DNA of 64,000 bases, from contig NC_042997.1 of the NCBI RefSeq assembly GCF_006345805.1, forward strand, positions 53,940,001 to 54,004,000, in the 5' to 3' direction. The translations under genes and the position numbers were made by a program. Below the pieces are notes generated by a model. That model was not told the origin of the DNA and did no database searches. It was given only the letters and a program-made list of their open reading frames with translations. This DNA comes from Octopus sinensis. Taxonomy: Eukaryota. Shown here piece after piece: positions 38,711 to 52,400 of the stretch (position 1 is its first letter; each line of letters begins with the position of its first letter).

Positions 38711-40478
38711 TTTTCCGCACAGTCCACCGGGCCCAGTCTTCACATACATGGCTAGATAAGCCCTAGCTCATCGAGAGCTTGAGAGCCATTGGGTATCCTC
38801 ACCATGTCCCGGAGTGTGGCCGCTGTTGCATGAAGACTGCTTCGGGGAGTCACAGGAGACAGCCGGATGTCAGCTGAGGCCCCATGCGGACGAACTACTC
38901 CGAAGAGCACCACATATTCCCTCATCAGAGATACTACTCCCAGACACCCCATGTACCCTAAAGCAACTCATGCACCCCAAAGACACTCCATGGGTATGTG
39001 TGTGTGTGTGTGTGTGCGTGCGTGAAAAATTATATATGTACGGTTAAGATTTTATTATGAAGATAAATTATACATTAAAAGTACATATTTGAGTCAATAC
39101 AATTTTTTTTTGTCTGAAGCTGGGGATTTGTTTTACGCTATATTTACGCTAAAATCTAAGCTGAGTTCAAATTCTTGAGTTAATTTTTATCACGACATCG
39201 AATCAAAATGTATCTCGCTATATTCACAAAAAGCAGCTGAAGAGAATTCCAACTGTATCTGGCCAAGAAAGAATGGAAGTAAATTTCAAAGGGCGTCTTC
39301 GAGCCCAAAGTCTGGGTTTTCTTAACATCTAGTAGGCTTACAATGCAGGCAATGGTACAGAGTGTGATAGCAAACGATTATCCAGGACTCTCTGAAGATC
39401 TTCTGCTGTTCAGCTCTCCCTAGAGATTTGATTACTGAATGACTGAAATTCATGTATGAAACAAGTATTGGAGACTGGTGTGCTAATTAAAAACCATTGC
39501 CTTTTATTGGTCATAAATAACAGTACATCATTGAAAGCGCTCAGTTGCATAACCAGCAATGAAGCTAATCTCCTCCAAACATTAAATACAGGATTCGAAA
39601 TACGTCAGTGATCGTGTTGCACATTTTCTTCTCAAATTGCTGCTTCTAATGTTTTAATCGATGTCTTTATATATATATAACATCCGCTTTATTGATAACA
39701 TCCCTGCATTCAATTTTACACTTTTATCCTGGTTGTTTTCAAACTTTCTTGTCATTGATATATGAGACGTTTATTCTGTCGTGGTCAACTTACCTTTCAT
39801 CCTTTCGGGTTGATATAAGTACCAACTGAGCACTGGGGTCGATGTGATCGACTTACCCCCTCCCCGAGATTACTGGCCTCGTGTTAAAATTTTAAACCAA
39901 TTTATGAGAGGTTTGCTATAATTATGTTCCAAAGTTCAGACTTTCACCATACTGTTTTCTGAAGATCTTAATGAACTAACGAAAGACATTGTTGGTTTTT
40001 TTTTTTTTTTTTCATGGAGCATTAAAACGAACGCCTTTTGCGTTACTGTTAGTTATTGATTAACTTTAATTCCTACATAACTGGCGTTAGATTTCTATTC
40101 GCAAGCAACATTGCCAATCTTCAAATCTTTTTCAACAGATTGATACACGAAACCAATGATCAGGCCATATCCTGTTTGTTAATAGAAGCCTGATGCTAAC
40201 AGCTTTAGAAGTCAAAGCAAGAAACAAACACGTGAAAAGTGTTCCCATGTTTCGTCATTTAAACTAAAAACTGTAATACAGTGAGTTAATTTAAATATTT
40301 TCTTTCGGAATATATAACGGAGAAAATCGTGAAGCATCAATGGAACAGTGATCTTTGAAAAAACATTATACCTCGGAAACTCTAATTGAGAAAACAAATG
40401 AGAACTAAAACTGGAACACGGTTGAGTTTTTCAGTAAATAAATTTGTGTGTGTGTGTGTGTGTGATATATATATATGC

Positions 40479-40541
<63 letters not shown>

Positions 40542-42813
40542 GTACTAGTAGTATGACATATATACATACAAATATACGCGCGCACACACTAACAAACAGA
40601 CACACACTCATAAGCATACATACGTACGTACGTACATACATGCGTACGTACATATGATGTGCGTGTGTATAAGTATGTAGCATACACGTGTGTGAACGCC
40701 CGCGCGTCTGAATGTCTGTTGATGTATGGTAAATAAATGAATATGAATATGCCTGTGTAATATGTTTACATACGTATATAACATACGCACATAAGTACAC
40801 ACATGCATACACACAAAACCACGCACGCGCGCGCACACACATAATCAGACGTATACAAACATCTGTAAGGTACTTAGGCACATTTTGATCACCATCTAGC
40901 AATGTTTATGTGGCTTCCCATTTACCCATTTCATTCATTTCCTATGTTAAAACTTTCCTTCACCAATTCTACTCCAAACAGTAAATTTAAATTCAGCGAT
41001 AAACTCAAGATAAAAAATAGAGAAAGGAAAAAAAAAAACCTCTTCCGTCTACGTAAACAACCATGTGGACTCAATAGTAAATAACATTTCTGGATAAATT
41101 AAAAATCAAAATAAGGTTAGGAAATTATTGTTTGGCATTCGTAGGAAATATTTTAAGAATTTTCTGGGACCAAGTTATAACCTTACTGATTAAAGAAATG
41201 TCAAATAAACAAAAAGACTTTGACTAATTTAGCATTTAAATTGCATCTATTGGGGGCAAGCAAATAGAATGATTTAATTTCGATAAGTATGTGTGTTGGT
41301 ATAATTCTTCTTATAGAACCTGATCGGATGTGCAGTTGATCTACCGACACAATTTTTAATGTCTTTATGAATTTTTTTTCTATATACCGTTTCTTATTCA
41401 ATTCTAAAACGTTGTCTACTATTTATCTAATTCTCTTCACAAACAATTTGATGATTTGCTGATGAACATTCGATTTCATAGTTTACCGAACACAAAATCA
41501 TTAAAAGCTTAACAATAGCGATTTCTGTGATCCTGACCTTTCTCCTTTCAAGAGCTTATTCACAAGTTACTGCTGCTCGTATTATATCAGCATTCGTTTT
41601 TGTTTTTTTTCATAACTGTTAGCTTCAAGATACATATAACGTGCCAAAATAAATAAATGTTACAAAAATAATTTATAACATATATGTAATTTGCTCGGTC
41701 TTCAAAATCCTCAATAGTAAACAGTCATAATAAATGATGCCAAGACGTTTGAATTTATCTTCATTCTTCAGACTAAGAATAAATTTTAGGGTTTTTTTAA
41801 TAAAATTTTTAGTATCTTTAGGCGATTCGCTTTAGCCATGCCGGATAAGATTTTCAAAACATGAAAATATATGAATATAAAAGAAAAGATTTTAAATACT
41901 TAAAAATTTTCCAATGAAATTTTAACATTTTCAACATATTGTAGTTTATACACTTAAAGCTTTTGTTTTATATTCTAAGAACACCAAAGTTTAAGTTTAT
42001 CTAGGATGCCTGCCTTGATTAACGCCGTACACAATATTTTGTGTGATGGTTTAAAATAAATAAGCTTTTATCTCATAATTTACAGAAGGTAGTCACCAAT
42101 TTATTTTTAACTCAATTCATATGAATATAATTTCAAATGCAAATATAATTCAATGCCAATACCGGAAACAAGTATTAATTTGCCTTAGATAAAGGTCGGA
42201 TATATAACATCTGCGATTTTGTATCGTCCAGATAATTTCAAGTTGGATTGAAAGGCAAGTCACATTATTTTCTATTCGACTTCATTTCTCATTTCTTCAT
42301 TTAATGGCAAACATTGTTGCTCCAACTGGAATTTAATCTACAAAGTGAAGGAACGAAAACTATTCCCAGGTATTTTTCTGCCACTTTAAGGCGGAGGTAA
42401 GGGTACACTTACTTCACAGAACTTACCTAATTAAATTTATACCTGTGGTTAGATTTTTAGTTGCAGTAATGCTATTACATATTTCATTATGTCAATTGAT
42501 CAGCAAATCATTTTTCCATGTTTCTGATGAGATGTAAATGACGTTGTATTTTATTTATTTTTCAACGAATTTTTATTGGAGCGCAATAATAACTCCAACA
42601 TTATACATTTTCTAACTTTTTCTCTCCTCATTGAAATATTGTATCTAAACACTTTATATGGATTTTATAAACTTTTGCACACAATTGTCAACAGACCAAA
42701 TACTGCTAACATGCCTTTTGTATATTTATGAAGAAAATATGAAAATAAAATGCTTTAAAAAAATTGAATTCTGTTGTTAATTTAATTTCGTTGTAATTTC
42801 TATCTCAGTATGT

Positions 42814-43144
42814 GGATCTTTTCCTTTTGAACGGCAGTTTTCAACACAATTTCTAGTTAACTAAACACTTTTAAACTTCGTATACTGGTAGAATGTGTTT
42901 ATAAAACATCATTTTTTTCTTGGCTTTATTGAGAAAATTCTATATGTTGTAACATATTTCCACTTTAAAATCGAGCATTTCGGCAATTTTAACCAATCAA
43001 ATACGTCCATTTGGGGTGAAAACATACCGTGCTGTATGAATATGTCCCTCGTTTTATAAACACATTCTACCAGTATACGAAGTTTAAAAGTGTTTAGTTA
43101 ACTACAAATTGTGTTGAAAACTGCCGTTCAAAAGGAAAAGATCC
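42814..43144. mobile_element. 331-bp MITE with 94-bp TIRs and 8-bp TSD
   Basis: Arms 42814-42907 and 43051-43144 (one mismatch seen); CAGTATGT at 42806-42813 and 43145-43152. Confidence 0.92.
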
Positions 43145-44459
43145 CAGTATGTAACTAATTACATCGTCCTATGGTCTTATTTTAAACTAGAGTACCCGAG
43201 CCGTCAATAATGACAGAGTTATTGTTGAAAAAGTTACTCGATGGAAGTTGGTAGAGGATGAGGTAGTAAATAAAAATGCCAAAATAATAGGAAAATAATA
43301 AAATTATATTTCTGACTCCAAACACTAAACACGTATGATTCACTTCAGAAATTCGTGGAGAACAACCTTTTTTGTTTAGGCATGAGGGGGTACTGACACA
43401 CCTTCACCTTCAGAATTTTCAATCTGTAATTTCAAGGTGTTTCTCACCATAACCCTAACCCAGATCAGGTCAGATACCACGGTAGACCGCACGCTAAAGT
43501 AGCATCGAAATTTCTTATGACTGTTGCGATGCCGTACAAATCATCTGACTTTATGAACGTTAAAACATTATGAGACAATGAAGACAGCAGAATGAACTTC
43601 CAAATACAAAAAATAAACAGGACAACTCTAGTAAGTAGAGACCTTGTTTGAAAATTAAGTGAGAAATATTTTCATAGATCTTAGTGGGAAAAAATAAATT
43701 CAAACTTAAGAGTCATTGTTCTATAATATGACAACAGCTTACCCCAAAAGAACTGTTCGGGTTACATTGATGACGAAGAATCTCATAAATATTGTGATGC
43801 ATGGCAAATTGTCAAAATTCATGATTATAAAAACATTAGATAAACATTAAGAATGCAGAATAAACTTTCGAATACAAAAAACAAACCGAGCAAGTGAACT
43901 GAGCCGCTGTTGCAGTAAGAAAGTAGAAACGCTGTTGGTTAATTTAGAAAATTTCCAAGCTGTTTCATTAAACATTTTGAGACAAACACAAAAAAATAAA
44001 TAAATAAATAAATAAAAGGAATGACTCCAGTTCACGTTGAATGATTTAGAAAGTAAATCTTAAAAAGTGGAACAAATTCAGCAGCTTCAAACGTTAAACT
44101 GTTATTCATAATACACACACACACAAAGACACGTAGCGTATTATATGTAGTGATTTTTTTTTTGTTTGTTTTTTGCTTTTTAGGTTCCTTGTAAGCACGA
44201 TTTCCACGGTAGCTGCTAATTCAAAATAAAAGATTAATATTTGAGCCAGCATGTCAAGATAATTTGAGTCAGAAAAACGAAAAATTCAAATTCAGTGATG
44301 AAACGTCTTTCTTACCTCAAGATGGTAAAATAGAATTCACCATAGTTAGAAATATGAATCTGCACCTCTATACATATACAAATGGATGCACAAACGATAG
44401 AATGTAGCATTCAACACATTTGGTTTTGTGTTACATGTCTCTAATAACAGTTTAACACA

Positions 44460-44900
44460 GCTGCATAAGACGTTTCTTGGGTGCGAAGTATACATCCCTT
44501 CCATCAGATATTCGGAAGGACGTGTCCTACAGGCCCACGAGACTCCTTCAAAATCTCTTCCAGTAGTCTTAAAATTCTCACGCGGAATAAGAAATTTATT
44601 TATTAGTGCTTCGTATACGTCTTCGCGAGTTCTCCATCTTTAGGAATTTTGAGAATAAATTCCTTAAAATCCTCTCTTTTCGTTTCTATTTTGTCTTCCA
44701 GTGTTGATTTTATACTCCATCAGTGAAGTTGATAGAATTTGTTTTTTGAAGTGCTTGGTCGGTTTGCTGTTTGTGCTGTGGTTATGTTTGTGTATTTTCC
44801 TGTAGTTGTTCTCTGTGTTCACGGAGAAATATTTATTCCAGAGGTCCGTTGGTAAATTTCACCTATTTCATACGTATCGCCAAATACAAAGGTATCAGCA
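44460..44900 (-). mobile_element. Decayed Penelope-like element 3' end (GIY-YIG remnant plus hammerhead-like motif)
   Basis: GDTY(E)IGE / TNGPLE*IFLREHR resembles YIGETxRPLxxRxxEH; downstream CTGATGGA-AGGGATG...CACCC-AA-GAAACGTC. Confidence 0.55.
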
Positions 44901-45087
44901 AACATTCATCTAAAGAGCATGCATTTGCGGATATTTTTTAGCCTCCGCTTCATTGAAGCAGAGGACTACCACCGTCCTATACTCTCTTCCTGTCCTCACA
45001 TACCATATTGTACCCTATACATCTTTTAAACATCTCTTAGCTTGTGTTGCGGTCAGATTATCTATTTTTCTGATCTTAATTCATCTG

Positions 45088-45290
45088 AAGGCGGCGAGCT
45101 GGCAAAATGCTTAGCGGCATTTCGTCCGTCCTTACGTTATGAGATCAAATTCCGCCGAGGTCGACTTTGCCTTTCATCCTTTCGGAAGTTGATAAATTAA
45201 ATATCAGTGAAACGCTGGGGTCGATGTAATCGGTTGGTCCCCTCCCCCAAAATTTCAGGCCTTGTGCCTTGAGTAGAAAGGATTATTAAT
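45088..45290 (+). mobile_element. SINE family A (internally deleted head)
   Basis: GGCGGCGAGCTGGCAAAATGCTTAGC... Confidence 0.85.
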
Positions 45291-45399
45291 ACATCTGTCG
45301 GTCAGGGTTCTGCTAATCCTTTATTATTTTTTCTGGCAGGATTTGGTCTCGTTAGATTGTAAGTGGCAATAAAGCCACCATTCAGTCTTTGGTGGATGC

Positions 45400-47500
45400 G
45401 TGGTGCTCGAGCCGAAACAGATGTGCGCGGCTTTTCAGCGGCAATGGAAACGTCCATCTAAGTGTTCCAATCCCCTACTAATATTAAAGTCCGAGACGTT
45501 CCCAGGAAAACTTCCAAACGCTTGAAGTAATCAGACCTCCCTGCCCGAGTATAGGCAGCTACCAGTCTGAAAGCACCGCCGTCACTGCTGTTCACATCTA
45601 AAACCACCAACTTAACTTCTGGATCCAGGAAGACTGCCTTTATTTTCAAATCCAGACCCTTCCAGGTGACCTTGTTTCCAAGGCGACCAGAAGCCCCTGA
45701 CATTTACACAACCTATTCTGAGCATCACCATTGTAAAATAAATTCAGAAAAGAGCTCTACTTATCAATGTTGTCCCCCTGGTCTTTGTTGTGGGCGTTTC
45801 AACAAGGATTTTGTGTAATCTTTTCGAAAAGGTTTTCTGAAAAGACCCCACAGCATTAGGAAAGTTAATCGTTAATGTGTTGTAGGTGTCTTGCTTTAAT
45901 TTCAAAATTTGTATGAGTAGTCGTGGTGCAATGTGTGGTGTCTGTGTGTTGTCTGATGTATTTAACGAGGTCTGTGTTGTCGGTGTCGGTGTCGATGGCT
46001 GAGGTTGGTGGTGTTTGAGGTGGCAGTACTGCTGTGTGTTGTTGTGTGTGCGTGTTGCTGCTGTTGGGAATTTCCTCCTGTTTGCGCCTCCCTCTCTTTT
46101 CTTCTTTTTTTCCCTCCTTTTTGTAGAGAGAACTGTTTGCCAGTCCTTCTCTACCTCAATACTCGAACGTTCCGAGTTGTTTTGGTCGGGAAGGGGGATA
46201 TTCTCTGGCTGTTCGTTTTGCTGGGGTTCATATGTTGCTGGTACTCCCTCAGGTGTTTTTGGTGCTGGTGGTACTCTGGCGACGGCGTCGCTATCGCTGG
46301 TGGTGATGGGGTTAGTTTCTGCTGCTGCACTGGCGGTACCCCTGCTTCTGCTGTCGCTTGAAGCTTTCGTCACACCTCTTTGTATTTGAGGCAGTCGACC
46401 TTAAGGTGCTGGTCGCTTCCACAAAAGTAGCACCTCGGTCGTCTGCCCTCCACAGTTACGTGTAGTCTCCTGCCGTCTGTTACGTTAATGGCACCAGGGT
46501 TAGAATTTAAGGCCTTTTGTTCAATTTGAAGAAGCTCTAATCCCTGACCCGTCCAGCTTTGTTGGTGCAATTTATGCACCTCTAGTATTCTGACGCTGTC
46601 CTCTATATATCAAAGAGGAGACAGCCGCTACTAGCCAGCATATACTCATTTCGGGGGGGCATCGCCCCAGTTTTAATTTTGGTGACGCGCCGACCTAGGT
46701 ATATCGGCACGAGCAGGAATTCCTCAGTTTTTACTAGCACTGTGGAATGTTGTCTTGCCTCTACCGCTGCGAAGCGTTCTTCCAGTGCCGAATCGTCTTC
46801 CTCGCATCACAGGTTTTCCTGTTCCATATTGGTTTTAATGCTGCTTCTATTTACTGTCGAATTGCTCGTTCAACTCTCTCTTGTTTAATATTCAATGTTC
46901 TATAGATTACTGTTTTTTGTTGGGTTTTTTTTTTGCGTTTCTTCTATTAGTTGTTGTAGGGTGTTAAGAAAAATATTATTTTCTTCCTTCCTCAACAATC
47001 CCCTTTCGTTTTTTAAATCGTCAATAGTTAAATGAATCAACTCTCGTTTGTTTCGCCCCCGACGCAAAACTGTTGCCACTTGGTTTGTCATTGTTCTCGT
47101 TTGACTCTTTCTTTCCGTTTCTGTTTACTGTGTTCGTGTCGGTGGTGACGTTGGCTATGTTTTCTTCGCTTACTTCTTCATTTTCCATGTTGATGCTGGT
47201 GCTGTTACTGATGTTCGTACTTGTGTTGTTCAGGGGTGGGGGGAATCTTGGCTGTACTGGCCGTCAAAACAGCCACTGCCAATTCCCTCGGCAGAGGAAG
47301 CCATCTTGTTTTTTCGTTAGACGAAAAGAAAGAAATATTTCTTTAAAAGGACAAAACGTCCAAAATTCGCTCCTAAAAGGAGGAACCTTCAACAAAAGAA
47401 CCCTTTCTGCACACCAAAAGAGGTTCAGAAAACTAAACTGTCAGTGAACTTGAAAAAAATCACAAAATCCAACCTCTCGGAGCTCTGAAAACACGTTTTA
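45400..47500 (-). mobile_element. Tx1/L1-type LINE, 5' part (5'UTR, ORF1 with CCHC knuckle, start of APE endonuclease)
   Basis: CYFCGSDQHLKVDC near 46390-46432; FRLVAAY...LILVGDWN near 45460-45600; frameshifts and stops. Confidence 0.8.
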
Positions 47501-47519
47501 ACTCACTGACAACAACAAT

Positions 47520-47790
47520 AATAATTTAACATCCGTTTTCCATGCTGGCGTGGATTAGACGACTTGACAAGAACAGGCAAGGCCAGGAGCCGCTCAAGTT
47601 TCCATAGTCTGTTTTGGCTAGGTTGCTACAGCTGGATGCCCTTCATACTGCCGACCACTTTACAAAGTGTACTAGGTGCATTTTACGCGGCACCGACACC
47701 CACACAAGTACTTTTTATGTGGCACCTTGGTTTTACGATCTCATTTCTGTTGCGGTGGGCGGGCGGGCCTTCTTGAGTACAGCAATGCGC
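47520..47790 (-). mobile_element. RTE-tail-related short element (family D)
   Basis: CCGTTTTCCATGCTGG...CAGCTGGATGCCCTT shared with 57903-58260 and 63380-63420. Confidence 0.7.
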
Positions 47791-48069
47791 CACTAATATT
47801 ATATTTATAACAAAAATATTTCCTTACATGTGCTAATCATAAATAACACCCAGTGAAACGTTTAATTTGCTGTTACTTGAGGCCAACAATTAATGTGCAG
47901 TACTTGATTGGTACTTTATATGGAAAGGCATAAATGTCATATTTTCCTGTTTTCCTTCACCCTTAAAAATACTATCTGTATCTTGTTAAAAGAAGACCTT
48001 ATATTAAGTTTTTGACAGACTGGGGAAAAAAGTTAATCTAAGAAAAAACACTGTTTCTCTTTTCCGTGG

Positions 48070-48420
48070 ACAATATCACTAGATGAGAACTGTCAATTAC
48101 ACAGACATGTTCCACCCGCTGATTTACAGGCGTGCTGCCTCTTCTCTTTGTTTTTCTATTGCTGCTACAACGGCCTATGTTCTTCAGAGTTCGTTGGTCT
48201 TTCACCTCCTCTATTTTCGGCACCCAACCCGTTCATCTCTCCATCCCATGTCATCCTCCCACCCACCAAACTAACCATTATGTCCAGTCCTTCCTCCTGA
48301 GAACACTGATCCTCTGGAATATTTTCCTAGCTACCCTTTCTGCATGTGTTGACCTATAGCAGTTTAAATAGCGCATTAACAACCTCAAGTTCACCAGTCT
48401 CAGAGAGCCTGCCATGGTCA
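48070..48420 (+). mobile_element. CR1/L2-group LINE 3' end, decayed
   Basis: Broken translation YNGLCSSE...HP...TNHYVQSFLLRTLILWNI...VDL. Confidence 0.65.
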
Positions 48421-49334
48421 CGGATACGCCCTCTTCCTTCAGACTCAGTAAATAAAAAAAAAATAATTAAAGGAAAACCTGATAGACTAGGGTCACCAAG
48501 CCTTTCCTATTTGTAAAGAACCTCTAGCCTGATCTATGAACCATTTTAACTGAAATGGGATTTATAAAAAATAAAACTGTAAACAAGTAGTGTTTTAAAA
48601 ATGTTCATTTATTACAAACATTGCTTTATTACTTGACTAAGTGATTGGGAAACCAACCAGGTGTCTGAATCAAGAAGAGAGTAGCGCGATGAAGTGGGGG
48701 AGAGAAGTAAGTAGTCAAAGAGAGACTTAACAGACAGAAGACAAAGAGGGCAAAAAAAAATACGAAAGAAACCGATTCCTAAAGAAAAAAAAACGATGAA
48801 ATAGTTGTCAAAAAAGGATTTATTAAGCAAAATGTTCAATGAAAACTGCCACCAGCTCTTGGCTGATGAATAAAGATTGACGTTAGATGAGATCATAGCC
48901 AGGTCATTAGCTATAAATGTTTACAAAGACCATCCAGAGAAAATAATCTTGCCAGCAAGGAGTTTTGCTTCAGCTCCCTGATTTCCACTGCCCTTCACAC
49001 CTGTCCTCTATAAAGTATTATCCAACAGAATATAAAGATAAAGATAGAGGTAGTAAAGAATGTTTAAAATTTTTCGCCGGTTATAAAATAACAAATAGAT
49101 GTAAACAAAAACAGTGATGTTTTTGTTCCTGCAAGTGTAAAAAAAAACAAAAAACAAAAAAAAAAAAACAATCACTCCCTCTATTGGCAGAAGTATTAAA
49201 GGAAAGGTTGAAAGAAGAGAGATATGTGGCCTACATACATACACATACATATATACATACACACACACACACGGGTATGTGTATATGCACACACAGACAT
49301 ATGTATGTGTATACATATATGATATAAATATTAC

Positions 49335-49336
<2 letters not shown>

Positions 49337-49401
<65 letters not shown>
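49337..49401. repeat. (GT)n microsatellite
   Basis: Direct reading. Confidence 0.98.
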
Positions 49402-49410
<9 letters not shown>

Positions 49411-52400
49411 CTGTAATCACACACAAACGATGAATTTGGAAGCATCTCAAAATACAGTTAAAATTGTCTAGTCTACAAAATATCAATCGAATAACAGTGA
49501 CTCCATTCTAGTTGGCATGGCATTTCTGTAAATTCTATTGGTAACTTAATGTCTTAGATTGATAATCACAACTAGAGGCCATGTTCTTTTTTCCTCGCTC
49601 TATCCACAAATCAGAAATATAGCAATTCAACAAGAACGATCATGAAACACAACATATGACTTAGATGCAGTGGTAAGCTTGGTTCTAAAATGAAATAAAA
49701 GTTAAGAAAACTTACCATTTTCTAACTACTAATTTACCAGTTGATTAAATAAGATTATTTTAAGTGATAACTTCCACAGAGATCTTATAAGAATGCAATA
49801 TACATAATAAAACGAAAAAAGAGGAATGTCTAAATATGCTGGAGTACCAATACAGCAGTGATTCACAAAGTTATCTATGGCTAAATACATAGCTGAATAC
49901 ACAACTGAGATAAGCTTCCTATAAAAACCTTATTTATATCAAATTTGTTTCTGCCAATACAACCATCTCCACACACAAACAAGGTTTTAAAATGAACAAC
50001 TGATTAAGAATAGTTTTATAGTGAAACATACAATGACTGTAGAAGTAACCATACTATTTCTTCAGAAGACTTATGACAACAACATGAAAATTTAAACCTT
50101 CTGCAACATTTTGTTATTAAATCTTTAGAGAGATCACAAACTGAAGTAACATCACATTCTCTCAAAGACGAAAATTAACAAAAGAAATATTGCCAGAACC
50201 ACAAAACAATTTTATTAGTAAAACAAACCAATAATATATTTAGGGAGGTTTACTAAAAATGCATGTTGTAATCAGACTTCCAAATTGTTAAACAATCTCT
50301 ATAATGTCCAGAGCTTTCTGATCATTCCATAGAATAAGTTTACAACTTGAATGCCACAAGAAATGGACCAACAAGAAAATATTTCTTCTAAAATGTGTAG
50401 ATTGCTGGAAAGCGATATCCCTTTAAAATAATCCAGTACAGAAAAACTAAAACTATTTCTCAATGATGCAAGTACCATTGTTTGAATGAAGAAAAATATA
50501 TATATAAAAAAAACAACTTTGGAATGTAAATAAAATAGAAGTTGGAAAAGAAACACTATTATACCTGAATGTCTGTTAAATGCAGAATGTGATTTCTTTC
50601 TACAAAAAGGTTTGACACAACTGCAACAAACAGGTAAGTGAATTCCAGAAGGAACCAAAAGCAATAATGGATATTGTCTATAAGGCACCAACTATTTACT
50701 GAAAACTTATACAAACAACCATTTTGTAACAAGAACATACCATCTGCATGAGCACACTCTAGTACTAAGAAAGAAAACTAAACAAGCCTAATCCAAATGA
50801 AAAAAAAATTGTATGATGCAAAGTATAATGAAATGTAAACACAGACAGCAGTAAATTGTTGAACAGCACCAAATAATTGTAGACTCAAAACAAACTGCAT
50901 AGAGGAACTTAAACAACAAGGTATGGAATAAATACCTTTACAAATGGTCCGTTGATTACAAATACAATACAGCAATGAAGAAAACTAAAAATGATTTTTT
51001 ATGTTTAGAAAACAGCAACATTGAAAGAGCAACATGTATTTTCTTTTTAAAATTTATATATTAAATAAAACTTCAGTTTTCCAGTGCAATGGATGATATA
51101 TAATTTAGTGCATGTAGAAAACACTAAAACTTATCTCCAATTGCTTGACCCTTACTGCAACAACTCAAAGACTTTTTTAAAAATATAAATAAGTAATTGA
51201 AGAAGTAAAAGACAAAACTTAATTAAAATGAAATCAATTTTATAGAATGTACAGTTTACAAAGAACCAAATGCATGAAATTACACATTCTTAGACACAAA
51301 TATTTACACTCAGCAAAGAAAGCTTCTAATTTCTAAATTATGAGAACCATCCAACTCATTGATATCAAAATTCAGATGATTTTATATAAAAGTATGGATG
51401 AAGGATACACACACACACACACACACACACACAAATATTAATGATCATTACACATATCTACAGTACATCTATAGAATTAAATGATTGAAGATGTTTATAT
51501 TTTATTTTTTTCATGGTGTTCAATGAACATTGTTTAACACAATGAAAAACTCATTACTTAACCTCATATTCTTAAATGCAAGCTTTAAAAATTTTGATTT
51601 TGGCCCCCAAAATATATATATATAAAAAAAATAGGGGGAGGGTAAATAGAAAAGCGATTTGTGTTATGAAAAGAAAGGAAATAAACTTTCTCTTATTGGA
51701 ATACACATTAGAAAAATTCAATTCAACGTTACTTATCTTTTTGAACAAGTTAATCTGCAAGAATAGGATCAAAACAGTGTCAGTGATAATAGCCATGGTT
51801 TTAGTGAAATAATTGGAAACCTAATCTTTTGGTAAAGAGACAGAAAGTGGAAGAATCCAGTTTACAAATATAAGCTACTTACTAAGTAACACACAAAATA
51901 GTCCATACTTTACACAGATTAAATGATTATGCTCAAAAAAAACATCGATTGGTTGAGCAGACATAATTCTGATGAAATAACATTTTTAATAAAAATGTTA
52001 TAACTTTGTGGAGAATGGACAAAGCTGAATGGATCAGATGCTGGAGAAATAATACAAAATCCTGTTGTAGACATTACATTATGCTCTTGAAATTATAATT
52101 TATGCAAATGTCTGGATTTACAAAATCATTCATGACATACTAAAATGAAAAACTAAAATGTGATTACGTTATGAAAATACCTTAAAGCAATTTTTTTTAC
52201 AGAAATGCTAAGACAAGATTTCTATTGTGCTTATACCTCCAGCAAAAGCACATGCTGGAATACAGCCACAGCTCAGGCCTAGATTACAGAAAGTAATAAA
52301 TGTCTACCTTTTTTTTAAAGAAAACAATGGAGTTTTTAGAGCAAGAAAAGTTAGAGAAAGAATTAAATGAAAAATTCAGAGAACCAGAAGGGTTGGAGAT

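Noticed and set aside
43443-43462. TAACCCTAACCC as interstitial telomere
   Set aside because: Only two units; such short motifs are common inside repeats.
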